Of a stretch of DNA of 64,000 nucleotides, positions 1-8,872 are shown in pieces. Within the stretch, counting starts at the first letter, position 1; each line of letters begins with the position of its first letter. The notes beneath the pieces were generated by a model. That model made no database searches and was not told where the DNA came from. It worked only from the letters and a program-made list of their open reading frames with translations. The DNA lies in sequence record MN850580.1. One strand, written 5' to 3'. Position numbers and translations under genes: made by a program. The DNA is from Escherichia phage momo.

Positions 1-526
1 CCATAATTACACCAATAGAACCAACATCTGCATCTGGTGATGCAATAATTTCTTCAGCAGAAGATGCAAGAGCGTATGCAGCGGAACAAGCGAACTCATC
101 TACATAAGCAATAATTTTCTTTTGGCCTCTTGAAGCCATGATGTGACGTGCTAATTCAAAGCAACCTGAAGCTTCACCGCCACCAGAATCAATGTGCAGA
201 ACAATAGTCTTGATTGACTCATCTGCTAAAGCTTCGTCAAAGCCTCTACGCAAACCTTCATAAGAGCTTAATCCACCTGTACACATTGCATCAATGAATG
301 TCATACGATGGGTTAAACCGCCCATAATAGGGATAATAGCAATGTCATCTTTCACTTTTAAAAGACTTCTTGCTTCACCTTTGGGTTTATCAAAGTTTAC
401 TGCTGCTTGGACATCACCCAGCAATCTGTTATTCACATAAGTTGCTGCTGAGTGAGCTAATGATTCAGTGGCTAGTAAAGGTTGGTTGAATAATCTATCA
501 GCAAGTCTGAAGATATTCGAACTCAT
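1..526 (-). CDS. S49/ClpP-like prohead (head maturation) protease, partial; C-terminus lies beyond window start
   Basis: Minus-strand translation from ATG at 526 gives MSSNIFRLADRL...IVLHIDSGGGEASGCFELARHIMAS; DSGGG motif resembles SppA/ClpP serine proteases; sits downstream of terminase and portal. Confidence 0.45.
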   Translation of the reverse strand, partial: MSSNIFRLADRLFNQPLLATESLAHSAATYVNNRLLGDVQAAVNFDKPKGEARSLLKVKDDIAIIPIMGGLTHRMTFIDAMCTGGLSSYEGLRRGFDEALADESIKTIVLHIDSGGGEASGCFELARHIMASRGQKKIIAYVDEFACSAAYALASSAEEIIASPDADVGSIGVIM

Positions 527-537
527 TTTTACTCACC

Positions 538-870
538 CTATTTGTTTAAATCTACAGAGACTGAAGAGATAACATAGATACCTTCTTCAGCAAAGAATTG
601 AGGTTTGCTAAGAGCACCAGTTGCCACGCATTTATCGTTAGCATCCCACAAGCTATAGTGTGAGACCGTTGCAGAAGCTGGGACAGTAATGTTAACTGTG
701 TCTTCTGAGGCAATTAAGCCATTATCCGGTTCAGAAAAATAAATAGCCACTGGCTGAGTAACCTTATTTGCTGTAGGGTCTGCCGTTGGGTCTACATTGT
801 GTAAAATAATAGTCGTTGGGGTTAGCGTGGCGAGGATTTTATTCTTACCATCAATAGTTAATGTTCCCAT
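538..870 (-). CDS. hypothetical protein (head/assembly module)
   Basis: 110-aa ORF abutting neighbours with no gap; position in head module. Confidence 0.4.
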   Translation of the reverse strand: MGTLTIDGKNKILATLTPTTIILHNVDPTADPTANKVTQPVAIYFSEPDNGLIASEDTVNITVPASATVSHYSLWDANDKCVATGALSKPQFFAEEGIYVISSVSVDLNK

Positions 871-1370
871 TAATTAAACCTTACTTTTTGTTTAAGGGCT
901 GTTGAATGGTTACCAGATTCATCTACCACATTTACAATCATATCATATACTTTGCCTTTGACAAGTACTTTGTAATCATTTTGTGAAAAAATGTATTCAA
1001 GTCTGTTTGTTTCTTTATTAACTGTCATTGGAGATTGAAATGCAGTGTCGAGGGTAATGAAAGCGGCTTCAATGCTATTAACATTGATACGTTTATTCTC
1101 GCAGTTATATAACTTTACACCCAAAAGGCATGAACTGTCAAATGGAATTTTAACAATTTCACTACAATTTCCTGAAATAAACGGTTTTCCACTCATTGGT
1201 GCATCAAGTAACCTACAAATAGTGAAAACGTCAGAGGCTCCACCATCACTTACATAACCTGAAAGGCTAACCCTTGAGCCAGCCTCTACAGATAATTTGT
1301 CAGTGATAATAAGAACACCTCTATACGAATGCACTCGTGTAGCATTTGAAATAGAGATAACTTCAGCCAT
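870..1370 (-). CDS. hypothetical protein (head/assembly module)
   Basis: 166-aa ORF, start overlaps stop of upstream gene. Confidence 0.4.
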   Translation of the reverse strand: MAEVISISNATRVHSYRGVLIITDKLSVEAGSRVSLSGYVSDGGASDVFTICRLLDAPMSGKPFISGNCSEIVKIPFDSSCLLGVKLYNCENKRINVNSIEAAFITLDTAFQSPMTVNKETNRLEYIFSQNDYKVLVKGKVYDMIVNVVDESGNHSTALKQKVRFN

Positions 1371-2845
1371 TATTTATTTGCCTTATTTGCTGTGCTTGGG
1401 TCTTTCGCTGAAGGTGTCTTTGCAGTACCTTCTCCAGCAGTCTTATAACCATCTCCTGAACGGCTTTGGCTATTTGGAGAAAGCTTTTCAGATACTGGTT
1501 GAGACTCATCAGCAGGAGGAAGACCAATATGCTCTCTAAGCTTGTTAGATAGCTCTTTGTCAACTTCCAAAGCACCTACTGCAACAGTCTTCTGGATATA
1601 AGAACCAATTGCTTCAAGGTCTGGAGTTTCGATATCATCATATGTGATTTGTACATGTTCTTCATCGTCCCACATATTAAGAGCATAAGTCTGTGCAACT
1701 AAATCACGGTTAATTACGTTCTTAATTTGCTTCAGCAGAATATCTACTGACATTGCTAATAAGCTTGTCTTAGAATCTGCAAGAGAGAATGAACCATATT
1801 TTGACTGACCCATAGCAAGAACATCTGACATAAATGCCATCATAATCTGCTTGGAATATCTGTCAATAATAGAACCTGTGTCGTATGCTTTAGCACCCTG
1901 TCTAGAAACTAATGAGAACTCGAAAATATCCTCTTTAGTATCTGGGTCGATATATCTAGGCCAGATTAAACCTGCTCTGTCATTTGCAATCATATCATTA
2001 ACAACAGTTTTGCAGTATTGTACGAAAGCTTTCTTTTCAGGTTCTGCATTTTCATCCAGATAGTCCGGTGGTAAACCAATCTTTGGCATACCAACCAAGT
2101 CTCTTGAAACACCAACAGCTTCATACTCTTCAATCTGTACTTTATACTTCCACGGCACATAAGCATTAAGTAATGGTGAACGACCTTCTGGGTTTCCATA
2201 TTCATCGTCATACTTAAACAGCATGAATTTAGCTCGTGGAAGTTTTCTTGTCAGTGGTCTTTCTCCGAGATTAATTGCTCCAGCAATATGTGAAACATTT
2301 CTCAGATTCTGTCTAACACCAGTAACTTTTCTAAAGTCTTCGTCAAAGTACCACTTATCAAGCGTTGACTGGTTTCTGATTGGCAATTTAGCCCATCCGA
2401 TTAAACCATCATCGAATTTTGATTGGTACTTCCCTTTCTTACCCTGACGCTTCTTATAAACTTTTTCGTTAACACAGAATCCATAAGTGCAGAATGACAT
2501 TACAGAGTTAATAAAATCTGCCCAATCATGCTCCATGTCATCCATTAAAGAATTAAAGAAGTCTGCTCTTTCAAGCATTTTAGGGTCTTGCTCTTTTCCC
2601 TTTGGAGGTACGAATCTCCAGTTGACTTTTCTGACAAACATCTTAATAATATTTACAGATGCTGCTACAGCAGGGTCACGCATCATTAATTGGAAAGTTT
2701 TAATACTTTCAGGGAACCTTAGTGCCTGACGAGGTTCTTCATAGATTCTTCCATTCTTAACCTTCAGACCCAAAGAACCTACTTCACCCATTCTAAATGG
2801 TGGTAAGCTTTCTTGTGTTTCTGTAATATCTGCCATTCTTCTCAC
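1370..2845 (-). CDS. putative portal protein
   Basis: 491-aa ORF immediately downstream of large terminase; size and synteny only, no motif recognised. Confidence 0.45.
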   Translation of the reverse strand: MRRMADITETQESLPPFRMGEVGSLGLKVKNGRIYEEPRQALRFPESIKTFQLMMRDPAVAASVNIIKMFVRKVNWRFVPPKGKEQDPKMLERADFFNSLMDDMEHDWADFINSVMSFCTYGFCVNEKVYKKRQGKKGKYQSKFDDGLIGWAKLPIRNQSTLDKWYFDEDFRKVTGVRQNLRNVSHIAGAINLGERPLTRKLPRAKFMLFKYDDEYGNPEGRSPLLNAYVPWKYKVQIEEYEAVGVSRDLVGMPKIGLPPDYLDENAEPEKKAFVQYCKTVVNDMIANDRAGLIWPRYIDPDTKEDIFEFSLVSRQGAKAYDTGSIIDRYSKQIMMAFMSDVLAMGQSKYGSFSLADSKTSLLAMSVDILLKQIKNVINRDLVAQTYALNMWDDEEHVQITYDDIETPDLEAIGSYIQKTVAVGALEVDKELSNKLREHIGLPPADESQPVSEKLSPNSQSRSGDGYKTAGEGTAKTPSAKDPSTANKANK

Positions 2846-2852
2846 CTAGCTA

Positions 2853-4454
2853 TCAACGTCTAAGCCCCTCATATGGGTTTCCTCTCACTAAGTCTGTGTG
2901 AGCACCCATTGATGGTGGCTTGAATAATTTAACTTCGTTAAGACTGTTGAAAGCATCACTGGTAGCATCCACTTGGTCATCTTTAGTTTTGCCATCACCA
3001 CAAAAGCCTTCAAGCTCTTGGAAATAAGCTTCGTTCCAACTACCTCTCAAAACTTTTACAAGTCCAGCTTCAGAAGCAGCAGAAAACCCCGCAAAGCGGG
3101 TAACTTTATCTTTATTTGTTGGTTTGGCTCTTGCTCGATAACCTTTCTCGGCAAGTTTCCTGATGAGGGATGTTGCGTAGGATTTACCAGCAGCGCCTGG
3201 GTCTTGAGGGATAAAAATACCAGTTCGCTTACCGTCACTTTCAGCAGTCAAATTAATTTGTGTTTCGACTCCAGAGGGTCTATCTCTAAATCTTACTACA
3301 TCAATGATATAATAGCAACCGTCTTTTTTAGATTTACCCATCTTAACACCTGCTGTCCAGTCTGGATTAGGGTTAATTTCAGATGGTAAAGTTGCTGCTA
3401 AGTCCCATGCCCTAACATCAAATACATCCTCTGGGAGTGAATCAACAATTTCACACCATTGTCTTTGCCAATAGTTTGAACCTTCTGCACGAGCCTTCCA
3501 GTTACCGAAACGAAGTCTTGCAACGTTTACAGGGGTGTTGTTTTCCAACTTACCGCGATACTTTGGTTCTAAGAAGTCAAGAATTGGGTTATCATCAATC
3601 GTACCAGAGATGAAGGTGTATGTTTGAGGAATCTCAAGAGGGAACATTTCAAGAATCTTGTCTCTCTCCCAATCAGAAACCATCACACCATCATTCATTA
3701 CATACCAACGAATACGACCACACTTTTCAGGGTCTGGATAACCTTCTTCATCTAAGAATGGTTCTACCCAATCATAAATAAAGTGGTCTCTGTCTGGGTT
3801 CATGGAAATCTTCATGTATGAATCACCTTCAGCACCAGAACGTAGACGGGTTTGTAGGTATGAAATCTGTGAAGCAGAGAAGTGTGTACCTTCGTCAAAG
3901 TAAATAGCTGAGTATTCAATACCCTGATGACCTTCAGCGTGCTTTTCAAGTTCTAGGTAGGTAAACTTGATAGTCGCCCCAGAAGGGAATGTGATAGTCA
4001 TTTTCTGCTCGTGAGGAATCCCACCAAACTTACCAAATAGTTTCTTTGCAGCAGGCCATAAACCACCTTGTAACTGTGTTGTATTTCGACGGAAATATAC
4101 AGCATTATAGTTAGGGTCTTCAATAAATCTTAAAGAGTCCATTAACAATGCAGCAGTTTTACCAGCACCAGCAGCACCACCATAAAGAACCAAGTCAGCA
4201 TTAGTGTTTAAAAAGACCTCTTGAGAACCCGGTTGAGGGGCTACATAGTTCTTATCAGTCATCAATTTAAAGATAAGGCGAACTTGGTCTGGTGTGTATC
4301 TTAATAAAGTCAGAATTTGAGTTGGAAGGAATTTAGAGGGGTCTTTACCGAATGATTTGATAATTTCTTTTACTTCATCAGAAAGCCCCAACTCTCCAGC
4401 TAGGACTTTCCTAACATCTTCCACTCGCTTCTGCTTAACAGCATTTAAGTCCAT
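2853..4454 (-). CDS. terL: terminase large subunit
   Basis: Walker A LYGGAAGAGKTAAL near N-terminus, ~530 aa; start set at MDLNAVKQK preceded by GGAGGTG. Confidence 0.85.
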   Translation of the reverse strand: MDLNAVKQKRVEDVRKVLAGELGLSDEVKEIIKSFGKDPSKFLPTQILTLLRYTPDQVRLIFKLMTDKNYVAPQPGSQEVFLNTNADLVLYGGAAGAGKTAALLMDSLRFIEDPNYNAVYFRRNTTQLQGGLWPAAKKLFGKFGGIPHEQKMTITFPSGATIKFTYLELEKHAEGHQGIEYSAIYFDEGTHFSASQISYLQTRLRSGAEGDSYMKISMNPDRDHFIYDWVEPFLDEEGYPDPEKCGRIRWYVMNDGVMVSDWERDKILEMFPLEIPQTYTFISGTIDDNPILDFLEPKYRGKLENNTPVNVARLRFGNWKARAEGSNYWQRQWCEIVDSLPEDVFDVRAWDLAATLPSEINPNPDWTAGVKMGKSKKDGCYYIIDVVRFRDRPSGVETQINLTAESDGKRTGIFIPQDPGAAGKSYATSLIRKLAEKGYRARAKPTNKDKVTRFAGFSAASEAGLVKVLRGSWNEAYFQELEGFCGDGKTKDDQVDATSDAFNSLNEVKLFKPPSMGAHTDLVRGNPYEGLRR

Positions 4455-4475
4455 TAAGCACCTCCGCAAATAGAA

Positions 4476-4676
4476 TTATTCAGAGTCTGTAGCAGTCTCT
4501 TCTTTCTTAACTTCGAACTTTGCATCAACAGCATCAAGAAGTGCATCCATAGAGGCTTCTTTGATATCAATACCTGTTGCTACAGATAATCTATCTGCAA
4601 TTGCCATGATAGTGTTCTGCATAAATTCTAGCTTTTTGTTAGCTTCATAAAGTTCTTTATAAACGGTCTCACTCAT
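4476..4676 (-). CDS. hypothetical small acidic protein (upstream of terL)
   Basis: 66-aa ORF with GGAGA RBS. Confidence 0.35.
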   Translation of the reverse strand: MSETVYKELYEANKKLEFMQNTIMAIADRLSVATGIDIKEASMDALLDAVDAKFEVKKEETATDSE

Positions 4677-4712
4677 TATGTTTTCTCCAAATAATTAACC
4701 ATGTTTCTCCTT

Positions 4713-4736
4713 AAAAAAGACGGCACAGAGACCGTC
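4713..4736 (-). terminator. rho-independent terminator at distal end of tRNA array
   Basis: Minus strand GACGG-loop-CCGTC followed by TTTTTT. Confidence 0.5.
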
Positions 4737-4898
4737 AAGGAGAAACCACAATGTACGTCAGAGACATACTGTATAAGCCTTCTTATAAAGTATAACTCTG
4801 TAAAAAAGCCCTGTCTAAAAATACTCTTCGGTAGCGAAAGGAAGAATACTTATAGCAGGGCATTATTATTATTTTAATTGAGAGAGAGTAAAATAACT

Positions 4899-4974
4899 TG
4901 GAGAATCCGAAGGGACTCGAACCCTTATAAACCTGTTTTGCAGACAGGCACATATCCATTTCTGTCACGGATTC
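4899..4974 (-). tRNA. tRNA-Cys(GCA): tRNA-Cys (anticodon GCA), CCA encoded
   Basis: Manual cloverleaf: acceptor GAATCCG/CGGATTC, anticodon loop CUGCAAA, T-loop. Confidence 0.65.
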
Positions 4975-4978
4975 AAAT

Positions 4979-5071
4979 TGGAGGAAGATACCAGACTTGA
5001 ACTGGTACACCGATTTCTCAGCTACTGGCAGTTTAGCAAACTGCTCCCTTACCTTTTAGGGTTAATCTTCC
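4979..5071 (-). tRNA. tRNA-Ser(GCU): tRNA-Ser (anticodon GCU), long variable arm, CCA encoded
   Basis: 93 nt; acceptor GGAAGAT/ATCTTCC; anticodon loop UUGCUAA. Confidence 0.6.
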
Positions 5072-5072
5072 A

Positions 5073-5870
5073 TTATTTCTGTAATGCGCTCTTCATTTCT
5101 GGTGTTGCAATAGTGTCAATCACACCAGTTTTACAAGCATCGTCAAACCAGTCTGGTAAGATACCTGCTAAGAACCCATTGATATTCGTTTTAAGGTACT
5201 CTGCAATAAGGGCAGCTTCTTCTTCAATCATCTGCACAACTTCATCTGCATAAGCTGTAATCTTTGAAATACCTTCATTAATCTTACTGACAGCTTGGTT
5301 AGCTAAATCAGAAACAGTATCAAGACCCTTATCAATAGCATCTTGTAAGTCACTTAACACACCATTAACACTATCTAGTGTACTGTTCATCATGTCAATA
5401 GCTTTTTGACCATACTCTGTAGCAACACCCATGATACCACTGAATGGTGTACAACCAACTTGTTCTCCTGCTGCACCCATAACATTGGAATACCCCTTTG
5501 CTACCTGCATACGTGATGAAAACTCATCAATAGATTTTTGACCGTAGTCTGTCAGAGTTTTAGTAGTTGCTGTAGTGCTTGTAAGGCTTGTTGTAAAGCT
5601 GTTTAGAAGGACTGTTGTAAGTCCAGCAGCAACAAGTTTCTCCTTCATTGTAGGGTCTGTTACAGAACTAATAGAGCTTACAAGTGATGTAGAAGCAGCT
5701 ACGGTTCCACCGAGAACTGCTGCACCAGTAATAAGCGGGTTAGAGAACCCTTTACCAGTTTTTAAGAGATTAAAAATCTCCTTACCTTGTTCTGTCATCT
5801 CTTTCATTAAGCACCTTTGAAATTGGTAGTCCAGTGGGATTTGAACCCTCTTCTCATGTTTTTCAGACAC
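5073..5870 (-). CDS. hypothetical protein embedded in tRNA array
   Basis: 265-aa ORF between tRNA genes; Ser/Thr-rich middle region. Confidence 0.4.
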   Translation of the reverse strand: MSEKHEKRVQIPLDYQFQRCLMKEMTEQGKEIFNLLKTGKGFSNPLITGAAVLGGTVAASTSLVSSISSVTDPTMKEKLVAAGLTTVLLNSFTTSLTSTTATTKTLTDYGQKSIDEFSSRMQVAKGYSNVMGAAGEQVGCTPFSGIMGVATEYGQKAIDMMNSTLDSVNGVLSDLQDAIDKGLDTVSDLANQAVSKINEGISKITAYADEVVQMIEEEAALIAEYLKTNINGFLAGILPDWFDDACKTGVIDTIATPEMKSALQK

Positions 5871-5899
5871 GCGCTTTAACCATATAAGCTACTTGGACT
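5824..5899 (-). tRNA. tRNA-Phe(GAA): tRNA-Phe (anticodon GAA)
   Basis: Anticodon loop CUGAAAA, T-loop TTCAAAT, CCA encoded. Confidence 0.6.
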
Positions 5900-5905
5900 A
5901 TAAAT

Positions 5906-5981
5906 TGGGGTGACCTACGGGATTTGAACCCGTATAGACCATGTTCACAGCATGGGTCATTACCGTTTATGATAAGGCCAC
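5906..5981 (-). tRNA. tRNA-His(GUG): tRNA-His (anticodon GUG)
   Basis: Acceptor with one G-U pair; anticodon loop CUGUGAA; CCA encoded. Confidence 0.65.
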
Positions 5982-6012
5982 ATTTAAGGACTCTCGCAAG
6001 AATCCTTAGAAG

Positions 6013-6088
6013 TGGCAGCGGCATAAGGATTTGAACCTTAATAGGACAGCTTCAGAGGCTGCTGCATTGCCAGTTATGCTATACCGCT
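6013..6088 (-). tRNA. tRNA-Gln(CUG): tRNA-Gln (anticodon CUG)
   Basis: Anticodon stem GCAGC/GCUGU, loop CUCUGAA. Confidence 0.55.
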
Positions 6089-6093
6089 AAATT

Positions 6094-6172
6094 TGGTACT
6101 CCATATCGGATTCGAACCGATACATAACACAGATTTTAAGTCTGGCCTCTCTGCCAATTGGAGTAATGGAGC
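6094..6172 (-). tRNA. tRNA-Leu(UAA)?: tRNA with anticodon UAA (Leu by anticodon) but short variable loop
   Basis: Acceptor and T-arm clear; anticodon loop CUUAAAA; no long extra arm. Confidence 0.5.
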
Positions 6173-6174
6173 AT

Positions 6175-6250
6175 TGGCGGGGGATGTTGGAATTGAACCA
6201 ACTTCTTCGATTTCAAAGACCGAGGTTTTAACCTTGTAAACTAATCCCCT
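6175..6250 (-). tRNA. tRNA-Gln(UUG): tRNA-Gln (anticodon UUG)
   Basis: Anticodon stem UCGGU/AUCGA, loop CUUUGAA; possible 1-72 mismatch. Confidence 0.55.
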
Positions 6251-6258
6251 TTAAATCT

Positions 6259-6816
6259 TTACTTTCTCAGTGGATGAATAAAGAATGCCAACATAACTCT
6301 TTCCCTTGAGAATGCTCTTTCTTCTGGGACAACACTTTTTAGTTTCCATCCAACATAAATTCTCCAGTAAAACTGTTTACCAAAGATTTTAATTGACGGA
6401 ATAAAAGCGAATAATCCCCAAGCATTGTTGTTCCACATTAGGAGATAACCTGTCTGATTATCTTCAGGGTCAGAACTTACGTTGATATTACCTTTCCACT
6501 TAGTAACATCTTTTACATCTCTTCCTAATACATGGTAAGAGAAGTTATAAGCTTTGTTTCTCCAGAGCCATCCAACTCTCTGCATATAAACACCGAGCTT
6601 GCCAATCTTTCTAATCTTAGCCCATCTTTTAATGTGACCTTCATCACCATCAATAGGGTTGTCATATGTCTCCATCCATCTGAATCCAAAAGGTAGATGC
6701 CCTTTCTTCTCACTATAGAATGGAACTACAAAAGGTGCTAAGATAACTGCTAAGGTTGCTGCCAATGGGTCTAACAAAGCTAGGAAAATCCATGAAGCAT
6801 ACTTCAAATATCTCAT
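6259..6816 (-). CDS. hypothetical membrane protein embedded in tRNA array
   Basis: 185-aa ORF with hydrophobic N-terminal segment. Confidence 0.4.
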   Translation of the reverse strand: MRYLKYASWIFLALLDPLAATLAVILAPFVVPFYSEKKGHLPFGFRWMETYDNPIDGDEGHIKRWAKIRKIGKLGVYMQRVGWLWRNKAYNFSYHVLGRDVKDVTKWKGNINVSSDPEDNQTGYLLMWNNNAWGLFAFIPSIKIFGKQFYWRIYVGWKLKSVVPEERAFSRERVMLAFFIHPLRK

Positions 6817-6835
6817 TTAAATAGCCTCTTTAAAT

Positions 6836-6911
6836 TGGCGCAGGATAAGGGATTCGAACCCCTATTAACAGCTTCGTAGACTGCTGCTCTATCCATTTGA
6901 ACTAATCCTGC
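6836..6911 (-). tRNA. tRNA-Arg(ACG): tRNA-Arg (anticodon ACG)
   Basis: Perfect acceptor GCAGGAT/ATCCTGC; anticodon loop CUACGAA. Confidence 0.65.
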
Positions 6912-6916
6912 AAAAT

Positions 6917-6994
6917 TGGTGTTCCAAGACGGATTCGAACCGTCACTAGTACAAGGTTTGAGCTTGCATCCTCTGCCAATTGGGATATTGGAAC
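6917..6994 (-). tRNA. tRNA-Leu(CAA)?: tRNA with anticodon CAA (Leu by anticodon) but short variable loop
   Basis: Acceptor GUUCCAA/UUGGAAC; anticodon loop CUCAAAC. Confidence 0.5.
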
Positions 6995-6995
6995 A

Positions 6996-7070
6996 TGGTA
7001 CTCACTAAAGGACTTGAACCTTTTTCTTCATCTTGTAAGGGTGATGTTTTACCATATAAACTAAGCGAGT
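6996..7070 (-). tRNA. tRNA-Val(UAC): tRNA-Val (anticodon UAC)
   Basis: Anticodon loop CUUACAA; T-loop TTCAAGT. Confidence 0.55.
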
Positions 7071-7165
7071 ATGAAAGAGGTCTGAAGTTGTGCCGCTAAC
7101 TCAACTCCGTGGAATTTGTTACGGTCTTCAGTTGACACCAGCGGTCTTTCACTTGACCTCTGAAT

Positions 7166-7241
7166 TGGTGCTCCCACAAGGATTCGAACCCTGATAAGTT
7201 GCTTACAAGGCAACCGTAATAGCCAATTATACGATAGGAGC
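7166..7241 (-). tRNA. tRNA-Thr(UGU): tRNA-Thr (anticodon UGU)
   Basis: Anticodon stem GUUGC/GCAAC, loop CUUGUAA. Confidence 0.65.
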
Positions 7242-7248
7242 ATTAATT

Positions 7249-7323
7249 TGGAGCATCCAGAGGGAATCGAACCCTCAACCTCAGTTTGGAAGACTGTAAT
7301 TTTCCCGTTTAAACTATGGATGC
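7249..7323 (-). tRNA. tRNA-Gly(UCC): tRNA-Gly (anticodon UCC)
   Basis: Perfect acceptor GCAUCCA/UGGAUGC; anticodon loop CUUCCAA. Confidence 0.65.
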
Positions 7324-7329
7324 ACTAAT

Positions 7330-7403
7330 TGGTGGAGTCACTGAGAATTGAACTCAGTTCCCAAGTTTGCAAAACTCGAATTTTAACCATATAAACTATG
7401 ACC
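7330..7403 (-). tRNA. tRNA-Ala(UGC): tRNA-Ala (anticodon UGC)
   Basis: Acceptor GGGGUCA with G3-U70 pair (Ala identity element); anticodon loop UUUGCAA. Confidence 0.65.
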
Positions 7404-7410
7404 CCATTGT

Positions 7411-7486
7411 TTGGTACAGGTGGAGGGAATTGAACCCATCGTCTTACTGATTAAGAGTCAGCCGCATAACCATTTTGCTACACCTG
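7411..7486 (-). tRNA. tRNA-Lys(CUU): tRNA-Lys (anticodon CUU)
   Basis: Anticodon stem GCUGA/UCAGU, loop CUCUUAA; weak T-stem. Confidence 0.5.
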
Positions 7487-7493
7487 CATTAAT

Positions 7494-7571
7494 TTGGTAG
7501 GAGACAAGGGATTCGAACCCTCAAACATCTCGTTCTAAGCGAGATAGGTTTACCAATTACCGTCAATCTCC
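7494..7571 (-). tRNA. tRNA-Leu(UAG)?: tRNA with anticodon UAG (Leu by anticodon) but short variable loop
   Basis: Perfect anticodon stem UCUCG/CGAGA, loop CUUAGAA; 5-nt variable loop. Confidence 0.55.
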
Positions 7572-7830
7572 CATTAAATCTTTTTAGAGAACTTCTAAGA
7601 ACCTAAGCAACAAGGTTCCACAACAAGCTGTAATAACCTTAGAAGCCCTCTAAAAAGACCTAAAAAGGTCTTTGCATAGTCTTGTTTAATCCGGTGACTA
7701 GAACCTTTGGAGAGCTTGATATTATCTCTTCTCCGTGACACCTACTAGGTGCTTTACTGTGCGTGTACGACAATACACTAGGGATACCAAAGCAACATCC
7801 GAATGAAGCTTGGCTTTAAATCTTATTAGG

Positions 7831-7918
7831 CGGTAAGTAAAGGAGTCGAACCCTCACCGTATCTCTACAGTGGCAACTGTTTTCAAGACAGTTTGGCTAC
7901 CATTAGCCGCTACCTACC
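7831..7918 (-). tRNA. tRNA-Ser(UGA): tRNA-Ser (anticodon UGA), long variable arm, no encoded CCA
   Basis: Perfect anticodon stem ACUGU/ACAGU, loop CUUGAAA; discriminator G. Confidence 0.6.
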
Positions 7919-7931
7919 CCTAATAAGACTT

Positions 7932-8014
7932 TGGCATGGGACGGAGGAGTTGAACCACTTTGAAACGGTTTTGGAGGCCGTTGCTCATGCCTTAGAGTCT
8001 TAACATCGTCCCAC
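7932..8014 (-). tRNA. atypical tRNA-like gene (possible anticodon CCA, Trp) with extra nucleotides between acceptor and D region
   Basis: Clear acceptor GUGGGAC/GUCCCAU, T-arm and encoded CCA, but D-region does not fold canonically in manual fold. Confidence 0.4.
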
Positions 8015-8157
8015 ACTATAATTCGAAGCTTACCGTATTTTCACAACACTGTAAAGCCCCTTCTCAGATTATTTACATGTTCTGGAAAACATGAGATACA
8101 GACCACCTCCTTACACGGAGACCCGATAAGGTCGTCTAAGTAATCTGCTAACTAAAT

Positions 8158-8239
8158 TGGTCGAGGCGGCAGGACTCGAACCCGCATACTCCACTTACTC
8201 GGTTAACGGCGGTTTAGAAGACCGCTGAGATACGCCCCG
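8158..8239 (-). tRNA. atypical tRNA-like gene; one perfect 5-bp stem with loop CUUCUAA (UCU), no canonical D-arm
   Basis: Acceptor CGGGGCG/CGCCUCG, T-arm and CCA present; body folds ambiguously. Confidence 0.35.
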
Positions 8240-8487
8240 TAATTATCTTTAAAGACTCTCTTAGAAAGCCCTTAAAGATGCCCACCTTATTAATCATACC
8301 GTGGGCTAGTACGCCAAATTCTTTGATGAGGGATTGGAAGACCTCACTGGTGTTTAGCCTATCAAGCTACTGCCAGAAAAACATTGTCGTTTGCATTTAT
8401 TTTAAATTTGCAAAATAGACGCTACGCAACGAAAACTAAGGTTACTATAAAGTAGTCGCATCTCAATGTCAACAACTTTATTGAAAT

Positions 8488-8563
8488 TGGTACTGGTAGG
8501 TGGAATCGAACCACCGATGTTCCCTTATCAGGGGAGTGTTATAACCTTCTTAACTATACCAGC
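8488..8563 (-). tRNA. tRNA-Ile(GAU): tRNA-Ile (anticodon GAU)
   Basis: Anticodon loop CUGAUAA; T-arm GGUGG/CCACC. Confidence 0.6.
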
Positions 8564-8564
8564 T

Positions 8565-8641
8565 TGGAGGTTCAGATGGGAATCGAACCCACATTCATAG
8601 GGCTTATGAGACCCTTGCATTACCTTATCTGCGACTGAACC
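8565..8641 (-). tRNA. tRNA-Met(CAU): tRNA-Met (anticodon CAU)
   Basis: Perfect acceptor GGUUCAG/CUGAACC; anticodon loop CUCAUAA. Confidence 0.6.
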
Positions 8642-8645
8642 ATAT

Positions 8646-8720
8646 TGGTAGAAGTGGAGGGATTCGAACCCATCGCCTGTCAGATTAAAAGTCTGCCGCA
8701 TCACCATTCTGCTACACTTC
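8646..8720 (-). tRNA. tRNA-Lys(UUU): tRNA-Lys (anticodon UUU)
   Basis: Anticodon stem GCAGA/UCUGA (one G-U), loop CUUUUAA. Confidence 0.6.
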
Positions 8721-8872
8721 CATTAAATTATCTTTGTAGATAAGCTACCCAGACTTGCTTAAGGTCTGTAGCGATGTGACTTTTTGGGTTTAAATCTAGA
8801 ATTTACCCTTTCACCCTTTGTGGTCGCATACTCACAGGTAAGCTTAATAACTTATCTACAAAGATAATTACC

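Noticed and set aside
4783-5253. ORFs 4783-5010 (minus) and 4978-5253 (plus) from the six-frame track
   Set aside because: They overlap the tRNA-Cys and tRNA-Ser genes or run antisense to the 5073-5870 ORF, and lack ribosome-binding sites
6525-6713. 62-aa minus-strand ORF nested inside the 6259-6816 ORF
   Set aside because: Alternative frame within a longer ORF; no independent start signal
7061-7243. 60-aa minus-strand ORF in the tRNA array, and the 90-nt tRNA-free spacer at 7071-7160
   Set aside because: ORF overlaps tRNA-Val and tRNA-Thr; the spacer has inverted repeats but no T-loop or acceptor pairing, so no tRNA was called
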